This document shows positions 28,197 to 38,386 of a stretch of DNA of 64,000 nt, in pieces. The DNA is from Escherichia phage vB_EcoM_JNE01: the sequence record OR670491; one strand, 5' to 3'. Under the pieces are notes generated by a model. The model did no database searches and had not been told where the DNA came from. It saw only the letters and a program-made list of their open reading frames with translations. How positions within the stretch are numbered: position 1 is the first letter of the stretch; every line of letters begins with the position of its first letter. Position numbers and translations under genes: made by a program.

Positions 28197-28813
28197 TGAA
28201 AAAGAAATGTGCCGTTTGGGATTGTGACGAAGTATTACTTGACCATATCGGTGGGTTGTATTGGTTTGTTAAAGACCATTATGATATTCACCCAACTTCA
28301 CAATATCCAGTGAGTTACGATTTGCGTGCGTGGTTAGGTGGTATTACCTCCGTTGAAGTACAAGAGATTATCAAACACTTCAATCAAAACTCATATGAGT
28401 TTGGACTGCTTGAACCGTTAGAGCACAATACGGTTCAAATTATGCAAGAATTACGTGATAAGTTTCCTGATGTTCATTTTGCAGTACTGACAAAATCGGG
28501 AACACGTGGTCATGGTGAGGTTCTCCGCAAAGTAAACCTAATGAATGCCTTTGGTAGTTTGTTTGATGATATTATCATCGTTGAAATGCAAGAATCCAAG
28601 AAAGCTGCTTTACAGAAACTACAGAACCAGTACGATGTAAAATTCTTTGTGGATGATTACATTAAGAATATTGAAACTGCGATGGATTTGGATATTCCTG
28701 CTGTTATGATGCGTTCAAGTCATAACTTGGATTATAAAAACAACCACGAAGGATTCAAATATTGCAATAACTGGGCTGACTTACGTCTAGAAATTTATTC
28801 AATGATGAAGTAA
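28196..28813 (+). CDS. HAD-family hydrolase, 5'(3')-deoxyribonucleotidase-like
   Basis: N-terminal VWDCDEVLLD (DxD motif I), LTKSG (motif II), FFVDDY (motif IV). Confidence 0.5.
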   Translation: MKKKCAVWDCDEVLLDHIGGLYWFVKDHYDIHPTSQYPVSYDLRAWLGGITSVEVQEIIKHFNQNSYEFGLLEPLEHNTVQIMQELRDKFPDVHFAVLTKSGTRGHGEVLRKVNLMNAFGSLFDDIIIVEMQESKKAALQKLQNQYDVKFFVDDYIKNIETAMDLDIPAVMMRSSHNLDYKNNHEGFKYCNNWADLRLEIYSMMK

Positions 28814-28819
28814 AAATAA

Positions 28820-28842
28820 GGGGAACATAGTTCCCCTTTCAT
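28820..28842 (+). terminator. rho-independent terminator
   Basis: GGGGAAC-ATA-GTTCCCC hairpin plus T tract. Confidence 0.6.
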
Positions 28843-28900
28843 TGTTTTTTAAAGTAGTAAATAGTATTATATGTGCTAGTTTTTAAGGATAATATAAAAC

Positions 28901-29476
28901 ATGGATGATTTAAATTATACAGATAATGCAATCCAACAGCTATATGATAACAGTGGTATGTTAGATATACTATTGGCTGTAGAGAAATACTTTGATGATA
29001 ATGATTTGTATGCATATCATGGAATCATTGAAGGTGAATTAGTTGAGGGTCCAATTGTAAGTAAGTACTGGTGTACTGTTACTTTCAAATATTACAGAGA
29101 GAATTTCCCTGATCCAACAGCTTTCTCAATTTTGGAAAAGCACGGAACAAAAGTCTACGTTAAAGCAGACTATGAAATCACTCCTATTAAAGCACCCAAC
29201 CGTCAACAAGATATGGAAAGTGTACCTACACAATCTGGTAGTGTTCGTATTCCAAAGAACGAAAGAATTCCTGTACTATTAGTTCGTGTACAAATTCCAC
29301 GTAACCTAATAAATCCAGAAAGTTTTGATGAATATAAATTGATGGCTGCTGAATTCAATAGCAATCCAATGAATGCACCAGAGCCGGATGTTACTGCTGA
29401 TGGTGGTGAAGACATTGATTTAGATGTTGATGTACAAGAGCAGGAACAGCCAAATCAACAAGAGGGTAATATGTAA
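28901..29476 (+). CDS. hypothetical protein
   Basis: 191-aa ORF, acidic C-terminus. Confidence 0.45.
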   Translation: MDDLNYTDNAIQQLYDNSGMLDILLAVEKYFDDNDLYAYHGIIEGELVEGPIVSKYWCTVTFKYYRENFPDPTAFSILEKHGTKVYVKADYEITPIKAPNRQQDMESVPTQSGSVRIPKNERIPVLLVRVQIPRNLINPESFDEYKLMAAEFNSNPMNAPEPDVTADGGEDIDLDVDVQEQEQPNQQEGNM

Positions 29477-30156
29477 TGAAAAAGAAACTAAATGAACAGG
29501 GACTACGCCCTAAAGTACTTAAAGACTTAATTCATCCTATTATCAGTGTTGATGAGTATACACCTAAGATTGAAGATGCAAACATTGTTGTTATGTTTCA
29601 AGTACTGAATAACTTCGATGCTGCATATGATTTATCTTCCTTTATTGAGAAGTCACCAATCGACGCAGTGGATACTGAAGCTTCCGAAACTCCAAACCTT
29701 GATGGTCGTTATCAGGTGTTTGTTGAGATGGAACGCAGTGGTGAGTTTCCAGAAAAACTTCTAACATTAATTAAGACAATTGAAAACATTTGTCCAGACC
29801 CAGGCTGGAAGATTCAATTATACGGTGTGAACGATCCTATTGATGTAGACTTTGATGAAGTTCAGGAACGTATTGATTTGGGTATGCCCGAAAAGATTAG
29901 CGAGTTCTTAGACTTTGCTGGTGTATCAGTAATCAAAGAAGGTTCGATGATAACACTACAAACCGCGTATGGTGATTTACATTACAGTACTGGTAGTGGT
30001 TTCGTAAGTGAATCTTATGTACAATCAAAACTAGCTCAAGACACTAAAGTTGATACATCCCGTCTAAGTTCTATCTTAGGTGAAAGCTACAGTGTTCTTC
30101 GTAGCGGTAATCAATACATTGTTGGTAAAGAAGGGAAATACTTGGTGCTGCGATGA
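29476..30156 (+). CDS. hypothetical protein
   Basis: 226-aa ORF, ATGA overlap with upstream. Confidence 0.45.
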   Translation: MKKKLNEQGLRPKVLKDLIHPIISVDEYTPKIEDANIVVMFQVLNNFDAAYDLSSFIEKSPIDAVDTEASETPNLDGRYQVFVEMERSGEFPEKLLTLIKTIENICPDPGWKIQLYGVNDPIDVDFDEVQERIDLGMPEKISEFLDFAGVSVIKEGSMITLQTAYGDLHYSTGSGFVSESYVQSKLAQDTKVDTSRLSSILGESYSVLRSGNQYIVGKEGKYLVLR

Positions 30157-30971
30157 GAATTTTAAACATGTTAAAATCTCTTCACGAAAGTACCAAACTT
30201 CACCAGGATGAGAAGTACAGAAGAAGTACTACAAAAGATTTAGCATGTAGGATGTATATGCGTAGATTTGAAATATCCAGAATTGGGAAGGGATGGGATG
30301 ACATAAAACGTGAAGACATAGATCCAGATGCCATATTCAAAGCTTATATGGCACGAAAGGTTTTCATAAACGAAAAGACATTTTATATTGACAGTGATAA
30401 AGAACTTGAGATAAAATTCACTAAAGGGCTATGGAAGATTTGGAGTTTGGAGACATTTGGGGAATTGCTCCCTGAACCACCAATCCCTGAAACTTACAGA
30501 GAACTGAAAAATATATTTGACAATGGGCACATTCATAGTACATACTCTCTATATGACACAGTTTCTGAAGCTGTGTTTCATGGAGAGTTGAATGGACATA
30601 ACCAGTACTTTAAGAGTATGGTTGAATTTGATTTGTTCTGTCACTTGCCAGGTATCTCTAGTTGGACTTCTGACCAGTACAGAGCCAGTAAAATAGACAA
30701 GCGTAAGTTCTCTGCACAGCGTTTTATGCAAGCTGCAATGGGTATGTACAAGCTAGACTATTTGGGCTGTAGTGAGCCATACAAGCACTTCTGGAAGGAA
30801 CGTGCACAACAGTGTTTGAACTATTGTATAGTACGACTCATGGATGCTTACATCCTTAAGTTCAGAAACGCAACAGTGTATGACATGTCTGAGCCACCAA
30901 AGAACGAAAAGTACCCTCCTGTGAAGAATTTCGCATGGTACAAGGAAAAGAGTAACAAAAGGACGCACTAA
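30153..30971 (+). CDS. hypothetical protein
   Basis: 272-aa ORF. Confidence 0.45.
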   Translation: MRILNMLKSLHESTKLHQDEKYRRSTTKDLACRMYMRRFEISRIGKGWDDIKREDIDPDAIFKAYMARKVFINEKTFYIDSDKELEIKFTKGLWKIWSLETFGELLPEPPIPETYRELKNIFDNGHIHSTYSLYDTVSEAVFHGELNGHNQYFKSMVEFDLFCHLPGISSWTSDQYRASKIDKRKFSAQRFMQAAMGMYKLDYLGCSEPYKHFWKERAQQCLNYCIVRLMDAYILKFRNATVYDMSEPPKNEKYPPVKNFAWYKEKSNKRTH

Positions 30972-30987
30972 TGTGCGTCTTTTTTTT
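30962..30987 (+). terminator. rho-independent terminator
   Basis: GACGCAC-TAAT-GTGCGTC hairpin plus T8, overlapping the stop codon. Confidence 0.75.
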
Positions 30988-30997
30988 CATTTCAGTG

Positions 30998-31026
30998 TTG
31001 ACAGACAAATGAGTAGTCTGTATACT
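30998..31026 (+). promoter_or_regulatory. sigma70-type promoter (TTGACA-17-TATACT)
   Basis: Consensus -35 at 30998 and -10 at 31021 with 17-bp spacer. Confidence 0.65.
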
Positions 31027-31067
31027 CTTTTATATCGCAAAACATTTAATCTATAAGAGGTCTGGTG

Positions 31068-32189
31068 ATGAAAGGTAAATTCTTCTTCATTGAAAATGGC
31101 AGAGAAATTGAGATTCAAGAGTTTGATTATGACTATGTTCTGAATAGCTTACTTGCAAATTACAAATGGTCAGGTACTAATACTTACACCTATAATGTAA
31201 TTGTAAGTCGTACCTATGATTCATTGGGTAATCCACATTATGATACAAGGAATCTCCCGTTAAATCAGATTTACTTTAACAATCGCAATCTATCTATTTT
31301 TGATATTATGCGAGATGAAATTCATTTCAAAAAACTTACAATTCGCAATCTCCCTTTACCGCCACTAGAGAAAGAATATCGTGAGTGGAAAGAAGGTCGT
31401 ATTGTAAGGAAAAAAGTTGATAACACTCAAGTGGCTGTACCTGCACCTGTAGTGTTACAGAAAAAGAAATTAGATCCTGCTGACCCACGCCTTGCGGATA
31501 TTGATTCTTGGATTAACTATCCAGATTCAGTGAAGCCGGATTCTACCAAAGTACTGGACTGGTTTGTAAACCTACCAGTGTGTGCACAAGAAGTTGGTAC
31601 AAAGATTCAAAAACTGTCAGAACGCCAGATGGATTTGAACTCTGCATTGCATCAGCACAGTGATTATATTCGTTTACTCATGAATAACCTCACTACTGCA
31701 CTGGAGAAGTTGTTCCCATTGAAGCCGTCTTTCACCCAAAAGCTTTTTGGTAAAACGGATATCAAAGTATCATCTGACGATCTACCAAAAGTTATGAAAG
31801 CACTAAACGAAGCAGTGAAGTACGATACTAATAAGTTTAGTGGTTTAGAAAAGCTGTTCGAAGAAATTAAAACTGAAGCAGCAAGTGTTAAAGAAGATCT
31901 TGAATATGGTAAACTCGGATGTGAGTATGCTTTGCGTCGTGTGGATGACCCATTCGAGTATGAATTAACACAAGAACGAATCATGAAGATGAGCATCATC
32001 TCGTCTATGACAGAAACGAGTATCCTTACTGATAGTAAACAATATCAGATTGATATGAACCGTATGATTGATATTCAAACGACTACAATTCCTTTGATTA
32101 TCATGCGTTTACGTTCACAGTTAGGCAAAGCAGTAGATGAGAATACTGCTGATATTATTCGTAACTTAGCTTACGGTAATAAAGAATAA
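31068..32189 (+). CDS. hypothetical protein (early gene)
   Basis: ATG 31068 after AAGAGG; 374 aa. Confidence 0.5.
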   Translation: MKGKFFFIENGREIEIQEFDYDYVLNSLLANYKWSGTNTYTYNVIVSRTYDSLGNPHYDTRNLPLNQIYFNNRNLSIFDIMRDEIHFKKLTIRNLPLPPLEKEYREWKEGRIVRKKVDNTQVAVPAPVVLQKKKLDPADPRLADIDSWINYPDSVKPDSTKVLDWFVNLPVCAQEVGTKIQKLSERQMDLNSALHQHSDYIRLLMNNLTTALEKLFPLKPSFTQKLFGKTDIKVSSDDLPKVMKALNEAVKYDTNKFSGLEKLFEEIKTEAASVKEDLEYGKLGCEYALRRVDDPFEYELTQERIMKMSIISSMTETSILTDSKQYQIDMNRMIDIQTTTIPLIIMRLRSQLGKAVDENTADIIRNLAYGNKE

Positions 32190-32197
32190 AATAACTG

Positions 32198-32226
32198 TTG
32201 ACAACCCTAGGTGCTGTGCGTATAAT
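32198..32226 (+). promoter_or_regulatory. sigma70-type promoter (TTGACA-17-TATAAT)
   Basis: Perfect consensus hexamers with 17-bp spacer. Confidence 0.7.
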
Positions 32227-32273
32227 GTTTATCACTGAGCAGCACTTATCTTAACTTAAATGAGGAACACATA

Positions 32274-33407
32274 ATGTCCGAGAAAGAAATCAACCCTAAA
32301 AAATCAACTGCTAAAGCCGCTAAAACTGTACGTCGCACGACCAAAGCAAAAGGTAATACTTTTGATTCGAGTGATATCTTTGAACAGACAACTAAATCTC
32401 TACCAGTACTGAAAGATGCCAAAGGCAACAGCATGTCTCTTACCGTTGAGAACATCAATACCATCGGTACTTCTGCTGGTGCTAACGTTGGTCGCCTGGC
32501 AGACCAGATTATGTCTAAAGTGAACGTAACTGATGACAACTCTGAGTTTGGTCAGTCCATCACTACTATTCTGTCTCTGACCCGTGCTGTTGATATTGAC
32601 AGTCTTCAGGATGATAAGTCCATCGTTGGTTGGGTACGTAAACTCTTTGTTAATGCTAAACAGAAAGTTGGCGACCAGTACAAAAACAGTAAAGAGCAGA
32701 TTGATGAAATCATGAACACTCTCCAGACTGGCATTAACCGTCAACATGGTGAATGTGAGTGGCTTGATACTGCTTACAATGAAAACAAAAACTACCTTTT
32801 CGAACTGCGTGATACCTTAGCAGAACTGGAAGTAGTAACCAAGTCACAAGATGAACGTCTAACTGAAATGCAAGCAGATAGCGAAACTGATACCTTCGCA
32901 ATCCAAGAGCAGAAGATGATCTGTGAAGCCCTGTCTAAGCAGGAAGATAAGATTCGTCGTCTGATTATCATGTGTGAGCTAAGTGCTCCACGTCTGATGA
33001 GCATGAAGAAAGTAAACCTGAACACTGTTTCTAAGTTTGAAGATCTGAAATCTGTTGTTATTCCAGCATGGAAATCCCAACTGGCAGAGCAGTTGATTTC
33101 TGAACGTCAACGTAAAGACAATGAATTGGGTAATTTGATTGATAACGAAACTAACCGTTTGTTGGAAGTCAACTCTAAGATGGTAGCAACTAACATGCTA
33201 GATGCTGCTAAAGCAAATAACCGTGGTATTGTGGATATCAAAACATTGCGTAACGTACATAAAACTACAATCGACGGCATCGAAGCTGTACTGATTGAAG
33301 AGAAGAAAGGCAAAGAAGAACGTGAGCGTGCTAAAGTTGAGCTACTACAGCTTTCTCATGACCTCGAAAACACTCTGCGTGAAATTGCAGATAAATCTAA
33401 CAAATAA
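32274..33407 (+). CDS. coiled-coil protein, possibly TelA-like
   Basis: 377 aa, basic N-terminus then long helical/coiled-coil regions; TelA assignment is from architecture only. Confidence 0.5.
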   Translation: MSEKEINPKKSTAKAAKTVRRTTKAKGNTFDSSDIFEQTTKSLPVLKDAKGNSMSLTVENINTIGTSAGANVGRLADQIMSKVNVTDDNSEFGQSITTILSLTRAVDIDSLQDDKSIVGWVRKLFVNAKQKVGDQYKNSKEQIDEIMNTLQTGINRQHGECEWLDTAYNENKNYLFELRDTLAELEVVTKSQDERLTEMQADSETDTFAIQEQKMICEALSKQEDKIRRLIIMCELSAPRLMSMKKVNLNTVSKFEDLKSVVIPAWKSQLAEQLISERQRKDNELGNLIDNETNRLLEVNSKMVATNMLDAAKANNRGIVDIKTLRNVHKTTIDGIEAVLIEEKKGKEERERAKVELLQLSHDLENTLREIADKSNK

Positions 33408-33410
33408 TAG

Positions 33411-33439
33411 TTGACACTAAGGTGCGTTTCAAATATAAT
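33411..33439 (+). promoter_or_regulatory. sigma70-type promoter (TTGACA-17-TATAAT)
   Basis: Perfect consensus hexamers with 17-bp spacer. Confidence 0.7.
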
Positions 33440-33489
33440 ACTCTTATTGAAACGCACCTTCTTTTTTAAATTAATGAAAGGATAAAATA

Positions 33490-34176
33490 ATGAAACGTCG
33501 TCATGTTGCAGTTGATATCGAATGTTTGGGTACACCAGAAAACTCCGGTTATGACATTATTATTCCTAACTATGCAGTTGTTATGGTTCCATCCAAACCA
33601 ACTCACAACATCACTAATTTTTTCTATGTTAAACAGCCTTACCAAGCACAGGTAAATGCTGGTTTGAAATCCGATGCTTCCGCTATGAGCTTTTGGATGA
33701 ACAAATGTGCTAAAGAGTATCCAGGTGCTTATGAAGAAGTAGCCAGTACTATGGATTTGGCAACTGCTGAAATCTACACCTCAAATGGTAAAGCGAAGAA
33801 AATCTTCCCAAATGACTTGATTGCAGAATTTTGGGATGAATTGCGTTATCATTATGGTGAAGAAGTTCCACATTCGGTATGGGGTAATGGTTGCCACTTC
33901 GATTGTAGTATCCTTGAAGCTAACCATCGCAAACTTTACGGCAAAACCGGAATGTGGAGTTACGATGCACCAGATAATGCTCGCACTATCAAACGCTTAC
34001 TGAATGATGCAGCACGCCAGGAAATGGATGAAATTGTGGCAGTACAGTTACCTAAATTTGTACAGTTCGCAGAATCCTGTGATGTTAAGGGTTTAGAGCT
34101 ACATCACCCACTGTTTGATGCTGCACGTGAAGCAATTCAGATTTCTTACTGTCTCAATAAATTGAAATTGGATTAA
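33490..34176 (+). CDS. DEDD-family 3'-5' exonuclease (DexA-like)
   Basis: 228 aa; N-terminal VAVDIECLG (Exo I D-x-E), later WGNGCHFDCSIL. Confidence 0.6.
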   Translation: MKRRHVAVDIECLGTPENSGYDIIIPNYAVVMVPSKPTHNITNFFYVKQPYQAQVNAGLKSDASAMSFWMNKCAKEYPGAYEEVASTMDLATAEIYTSNGKAKKIFPNDLIAEFWDELRYHYGEEVPHSVWGNGCHFDCSILEANHRKLYGKTGMWSYDAPDNARTIKRLLNDAARQEMDEIVAVQLPKFVQFAESCDVKGLELHHPLFDAAREAIQISYCLNKLKLD

Positions 34177-34177
34177 T

Positions 34178-35275
34178 ATGATGAATTTTGTTATCTTACT
34201 TATTCCGTCTTTGATTGTTGTTCTGGTTATGAAGTACATGTACGACCACACTATCAGTACTAAAGAGTTTTTCATTCATCTTTGTTCTTGTGTCGTGGGT
34301 GCATTATTGGTTCTTTGTGTTTCATATGCAATTAACTACAGTCAGCTTCATGATGTTGAAATCCTTAATGGACATGTAACATCAAAATACAACCACACTG
34401 AGTTCTGCACACCGAGTAGTTCATGTAAGCACTATACTTGGCATAAGAAGTGTCATACCAGTTATGATAGTAAGGGTAGAACACATCGTGAGTGTGAATC
34501 ATATAAGGTCTTTGATTATTCATACGAAGTTGATTGGTACGTTGACAGTACTGTAGGTAAGTTCGAAATTGAACGAGTGAATCGTCAAGGAACAATGACT
34601 CCACCAAGATGGAGTGTAGTTAAGATTGGTGATTATGCCGCCGCAGAGCATAACTATATCAACTATCTATTTGCTGATGAGCATTCATTGTTTAGTGAAA
34701 AACAAATCACTGAAGTATACGATCCTGAATACTTAGAACGTATTCCGACTTATCCATCGATTAGTAATTATTATAAAACATACCATGTTATTAATAAAAC
34801 TAATTATGATGTATCTGGTTTGAATGAGTATTTGATTGAAGAACTAAAAACAATGGGGGAACGTAAACAAGTAAACATTCAAGTACTTGTGTATCCTTAC
34901 CTTGATGTGAACTTTGTTGATGCTACATTAGCTGCATGGCGTGGTGGTAAGAAGAACGATGTGATTATGTTCTTTGGTATTGATGGTGATGGTACAGTGA
35001 AGAAATTCGATAGTACTTCATTCGCTAAAGGTATGAATAACGAAGATCTGCATTCTCAAATGCGTATGGATTCGTTAAATGAGAAATTATCGCTTGACTT
35101 GTTGAAGGTTCAGGTGCATAATATTGATACAAAGTTCCAGAGACTATCCAATCAAGAATTTGAATATCTCTCTGTTAAAATGGAACCACGTAAGGATGTT
35201 ATGATTATCGCTTCATTCATCCTAATGCTACTGTCAATCGTAATTGGTAATTACATGAGGAAAGTTGATTTATGA
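34178..35275 (+). CDS. membrane protein with N- and C-terminal transmembrane helices
   Basis: 365 aa; hydrophobic N- and C-termini, Cys-rich segment CTPSSSCKHYTWHKKCH. Confidence 0.5.
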   Translation: MMNFVILLIPSLIVVLVMKYMYDHTISTKEFFIHLCSCVVGALLVLCVSYAINYSQLHDVEILNGHVTSKYNHTEFCTPSSSCKHYTWHKKCHTSYDSKGRTHRECESYKVFDYSYEVDWYVDSTVGKFEIERVNRQGTMTPPRWSVVKIGDYAAAEHNYINYLFADEHSLFSEKQITEVYDPEYLERIPTYPSISNYYKTYHVINKTNYDVSGLNEYLIEELKTMGERKQVNIQVLVYPYLDVNFVDATLAAWRGGKKNDVIMFFGIDGDGTVKKFDSTSFAKGMNNEDLHSQMRMDSLNEKLSLDLLKVQVHNIDTKFQRLSNQEFEYLSVKMEPRKDVMIIASFILMLLSIVIGNYMRKVDL

Positions 35276-35826
35276 ATACTAAAGTAATGGTACTACTGGG
35301 CTTCTTGGTTGTTGTTATGATTGGTTGTTTTGGCGTAGTAAGTATGTTTACTGGTGCTCATGACCGTGCAGTAGAGTTTGAAGGAAATATTAAGAAGTAC
35401 TATGATGCTTCCGAAAGTCAACTAAGTAATTACACACTGAAAATCCAAGAGAAAAACCAAATAGCTGATAAGTACAAAGACGCACTAAAAGATACTATTG
35501 AAGCATATTTCCGTGGACGTGAAGGTGTTGACCAGAAATTTGTAATGTCACAGATTCAGCAACAGATTCCAAATCTTGATCCTAAGATTTATCAAGAAAT
35601 GATGGTTACAATTGATGCGGGTCGTGATAAATTCAACAACCTCCAGAAAATGAAAATTGACCAGTGTACCGATTATGAAAAATTCCGTAAAGGGTTCTGG
35701 AACTCCAAACTTCTAGATACCGCCGTGTTCCCTGGTAAAGACATTGAGCATCTATGTACTGTAGTTTCTGATGTACGAACTAAGAAAGCAATGCAAACTG
35801 GTATTCAAGAAGTAATTAAACTGTAA
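35272..35826 (+). CDS. membrane-anchored protein (weakly LemA-like)
   Basis: 184 aa; N-terminal TM helix; QQIPNLDP segment. Confidence 0.45.
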   Translation: MNTKVMVLLGFLVVVMIGCFGVVSMFTGAHDRAVEFEGNIKKYYDASESQLSNYTLKIQEKNQIADKYKDALKDTIEAYFRGREGVDQKFVMSQIQQQIPNLDPKIYQEMMVTIDAGRDKFNNLQKMKIDQCTDYEKFRKGFWNSKLLDTAVFPGKDIEHLCTVVSDVRTKKAMQTGIQEVIKL

Positions 35827-35834
35827 CTAATGTT

Positions 35835-35858
35835 GGGAGTTCATTGTGAACTCCCTTT
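35835..35858 (+). terminator. rho-independent terminator
   Basis: GGGAGTTCA-TTG-TGAACTCCC hairpin plus TTT. Confidence 0.65.
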
Positions 35859-35873
35859 ACTATAGGTGAATGT

Positions 35874-36476
35874 ATGTTTTTTAAAGAAACTCTAGAAGTG
35901 TTTGATATTGTCAAAGCATTGTATTACAGTAATAATATGGTAGAATGTATCTTACCATATGAATATAGTAATGATGCTGGACACAGTTTACGCATTGAAT
36001 CGGTTAATGGTTTTCACGGATACTATCAGTTTACCAAAAAACTTTCAGTACCGGAACATACCGTTCAATCCGTTCAAAAGCCACTAGGCCAGCATGTACA
36101 CTCTATTCCCAATCCAATTACCAATACCAATAACATATCAATATCAGGTGGCATCGCGTTTAATACAGTGACTACACCACAACGCTATACTATTAAAGTT
36201 AAAGTGGATAGAAATTTACGTACTTTATTAAGTGTTGATTGGTATGAATTAAAAGGTACTGGTTATTATATTAATAGTAATGGAACGGCTGTTGCAACTG
36301 ATGGGAACTTAATCGCATCTGCATTATATCTAGGTGAATCAACTATAGTTGATGGTGTATTATATGGAAATGATTCAGCCGAAGCATTTTTGAAAGATGT
36401 AGCCAGTGATGATAAAATAAGTATTCTTTCACTTATTAATCTACGTAAGGATGCAGATGAAATATTTAAAAAATGA
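35874..36476 (+). CDS. hypothetical protein
   Basis: 200-aa ORF, RBS AGGTGA. Confidence 0.45.
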   Translation: MFFKETLEVFDIVKALYYSNNMVECILPYEYSNDAGHSLRIESVNGFHGYYQFTKKLSVPEHTVQSVQKPLGQHVHSIPNPITNTNNISISGGIAFNTVTTPQRYTIKVKVDRNLRTLLSVDWYELKGTGYYINSNGTAVATDGNLIASALYLGESTIVDGVLYGNDSAEAFLKDVASDDKISILSLINLRKDADEIFKK

Positions 36477-37056
36477 TTATAAGCACCAAGAAATACTAAA
36501 AACCGTAGAACAACAAGTTAATGCGGATTTAATGAAACTTAGTAATTTTGATCTTACTATATTTCATTATCTTGAATTGGAAAACCAGTTCGATTCATTT
36601 AATATTACCGTACATCCTAATAAGATCGTTGCAAAAAGTAAATTATATTACCCAGTAAAAGTTACTGAACTGCAATATAATAGTCCTTATATTAATCATA
36701 TAAGTGCTATTGCTAATGCAAAATCTTATAATAATAATTCTTGGATATCAAACACAATACAACAATCGATGCAATCTAAAAACCAACAGACTTTCGATAC
36801 AACTGTAAAAATAAAATACGAATACATTTTTGATACAGATGGTGTTTTTATGGGGTATAGTGTATTTGAAAATCTCAATGAGATGATACACCAGGTCGTA
36901 CTTGGTAAACATAAAGTTTTCGTAGATGCAGAGTGGTATCAGTACGAGGATTTTCGAGCAGTTGCATTTCAGAAAACATTAGTACAAGATGAAGCATTCT
37001 CTCTATTATTTGTTTGTGATATTATTTCCACACTAAGAGGTGACTTATGTATTTGA
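36457..37056 (+). CDS. hypothetical protein
   Basis: ATG 36457 after AAGGA. Confidence 0.45.
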   Translation: MKYLKNDYKHQEILKTVEQQVNADLMKLSNFDLTIFHYLELENQFDSFNITVHPNKIVAKSKLYYPVKVTELQYNSPYINHISAIANAKSYNNNSWISNTIQQSMQSKNQQTFDTTVKIKYEYIFDTDGVFMGYSVFENLNEMIHQVVLGKHKVFVDAEWYQYEDFRAVAFQKTLVQDEAFSLLFVCDIISTLRGDLCI

Positions 37057-37394
37057 TTGTTGTAGGAATTTTTTTAGTACTTTCTATCATTGCAGTTAAA
37101 TTGGCTGCTGTAGTTCGTTCTAAGTTAGTTGTAGGTGAAGATGGTTCAGTACTGGATTTTGTTATGGACTATCCAAAAACGTGTGCTATAATTGTACTTG
37201 TATTCCAGTTGTTTGGTGCATTTACAGTACGCCATCATCTGTACAATTTATATGATTGTAGTGTTCGCTCTGCATCACAAGGTGTAGAAACAGATTACAG
37301 TTGGTACTATGAGAAGTGCCGATTCAAAAACCAACATGGTATTTGGGTTGACTTTGATAAATTACGAGGAACACCATCTGGTGAAGAAGAATAA
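37047..37394 (+). CDS. small membrane protein
   Basis: 115 aa, N-terminal hydrophobic helix. Confidence 0.4.
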   Translation: MYLIVVGIFLVLSIIAVKLAAVVRSKLVVGEDGSVLDFVMDYPKTCAIIVLVFQLFGAFTVRHHLYNLYDCSVRSASQGVETDYSWYYEKCRFKNQHGIWVDFDKLRGTPSGEEE

Positions 37395-37876
37395 TGTTTG
37401 AATTCCCTGAAGAAGAAAAGAATTACATCGATGCTACTGATGATGGTTATCGTCACATTAACATCTATAGTAAAGCAAAAACTAAACTTGGAAGGGATCT
37501 ATCAAACTTTTCTAATCATAGCTTTAGACTAGAACCTTATGGTTGGTTCCCGTCAGTAGAGACATTCTACTTCTGGTTCTTAACAGGACAGAAGCATGAT
37601 GATCTACGTAAAGTATCAGGGGCAGCGGCGAAAGCTGCTGCTAACAAGTACATGCATGACCGTATTGAGATGACAGATGAATGTATATCTATCATCCAGG
37701 ATGCTATTTGTGCAAAGATAATGCAAAATCCAGAATTAGCTGAACGCTTACGTAAGAGTAAATTACCATTTTGTCATTACTATGTGTACGCTGGGAAAGT
37801 TGTAGATGTTTCTGGTGAGCACTCATGGTTTGTTCAGACGTTCGAAGACATTAGAACAGCATTGAGGGAATTATGA
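37394..37876 (+). CDS. NADAR-domain protein (YbiA-like)
   Basis: 160 aa; LSNFSNHSF, SVETFYFW, AICAKIMQNPELAERL, EHSWF resemble NADAR/YbiA signature blocks. Confidence 0.5.
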   Translation: MFEFPEEEKNYIDATDDGYRHINIYSKAKTKLGRDLSNFSNHSFRLEPYGWFPSVETFYFWFLTGQKHDDLRKVSGAAAKAAANKYMHDRIEMTDECISIIQDAICAKIMQNPELAERLRKSKLPFCHYYVYAGKVVDVSGEHSWFVQTFEDIRTALREL

Positions 37877-38166
37877 GTAAATTATTCAGTACAGAAGGAT
37901 GTTGGTGCTGTTTTTCGAAAAATGTAAACTACGATATGGTAATGGAGATTGTTGGTAGAAATTATATTATAAGCGATTACTCTTATAATTATGATACTCT
38001 ATCAATAGTGACGTATCAATGTATATGTAATAATTGTTGGGCTAACGGAATATATGACAAATTAGCATGTTCTACAAACGAATGGATAGTATTATGTTTT
38101 AGTGAATATGTTTCAAACAACAAAGAGTTCTTTGAAAGGAGAGTTGATGCCAGAAAAAATGTTTAA
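37873..38166 (+). CDS. Cys-rich hypothetical protein
   Basis: 97 aa with multiple CxxC-like pairs. Confidence 0.4.
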   Translation: MSKLFSTEGCWCCFSKNVNYDMVMEIVGRNYIISDYSYNYDTLSIVTYQCICNNCWANGIYDKLACSTNEWIVLCFSEYVSNNKEFFERRVDARKNV

Positions 38167-38386
38167 TTCTTACAATATGGATTCACTGCTTATTCCAAGT
38201 AATGACAGTACTGTTAAGATGAACATGTATTGGATTGTTAAAAATGGAAAAGTATTTCAGCACAAGATTACCAAAGTATGGCAATGTAATTCCAATAAAA
38301 TTATTGTACAATGCATTTCTAATGAATTCCCAGATACTGAAGTGGTTTTCATGCCGTATGCATATGTGCCAAAGGAAAAATTATGA
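38147..38386 (+). CDS. hypothetical protein
   Basis: ATG 38147 after AAGGAGAG. Confidence 0.4.
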   Translation: MPEKMFNSYNMDSLLIPSNDSTVKMNMYWIVKNGKVFQHKITKVWQCNSNKIIVQCISNEFPDTEVVFMPYAYVPKEKL

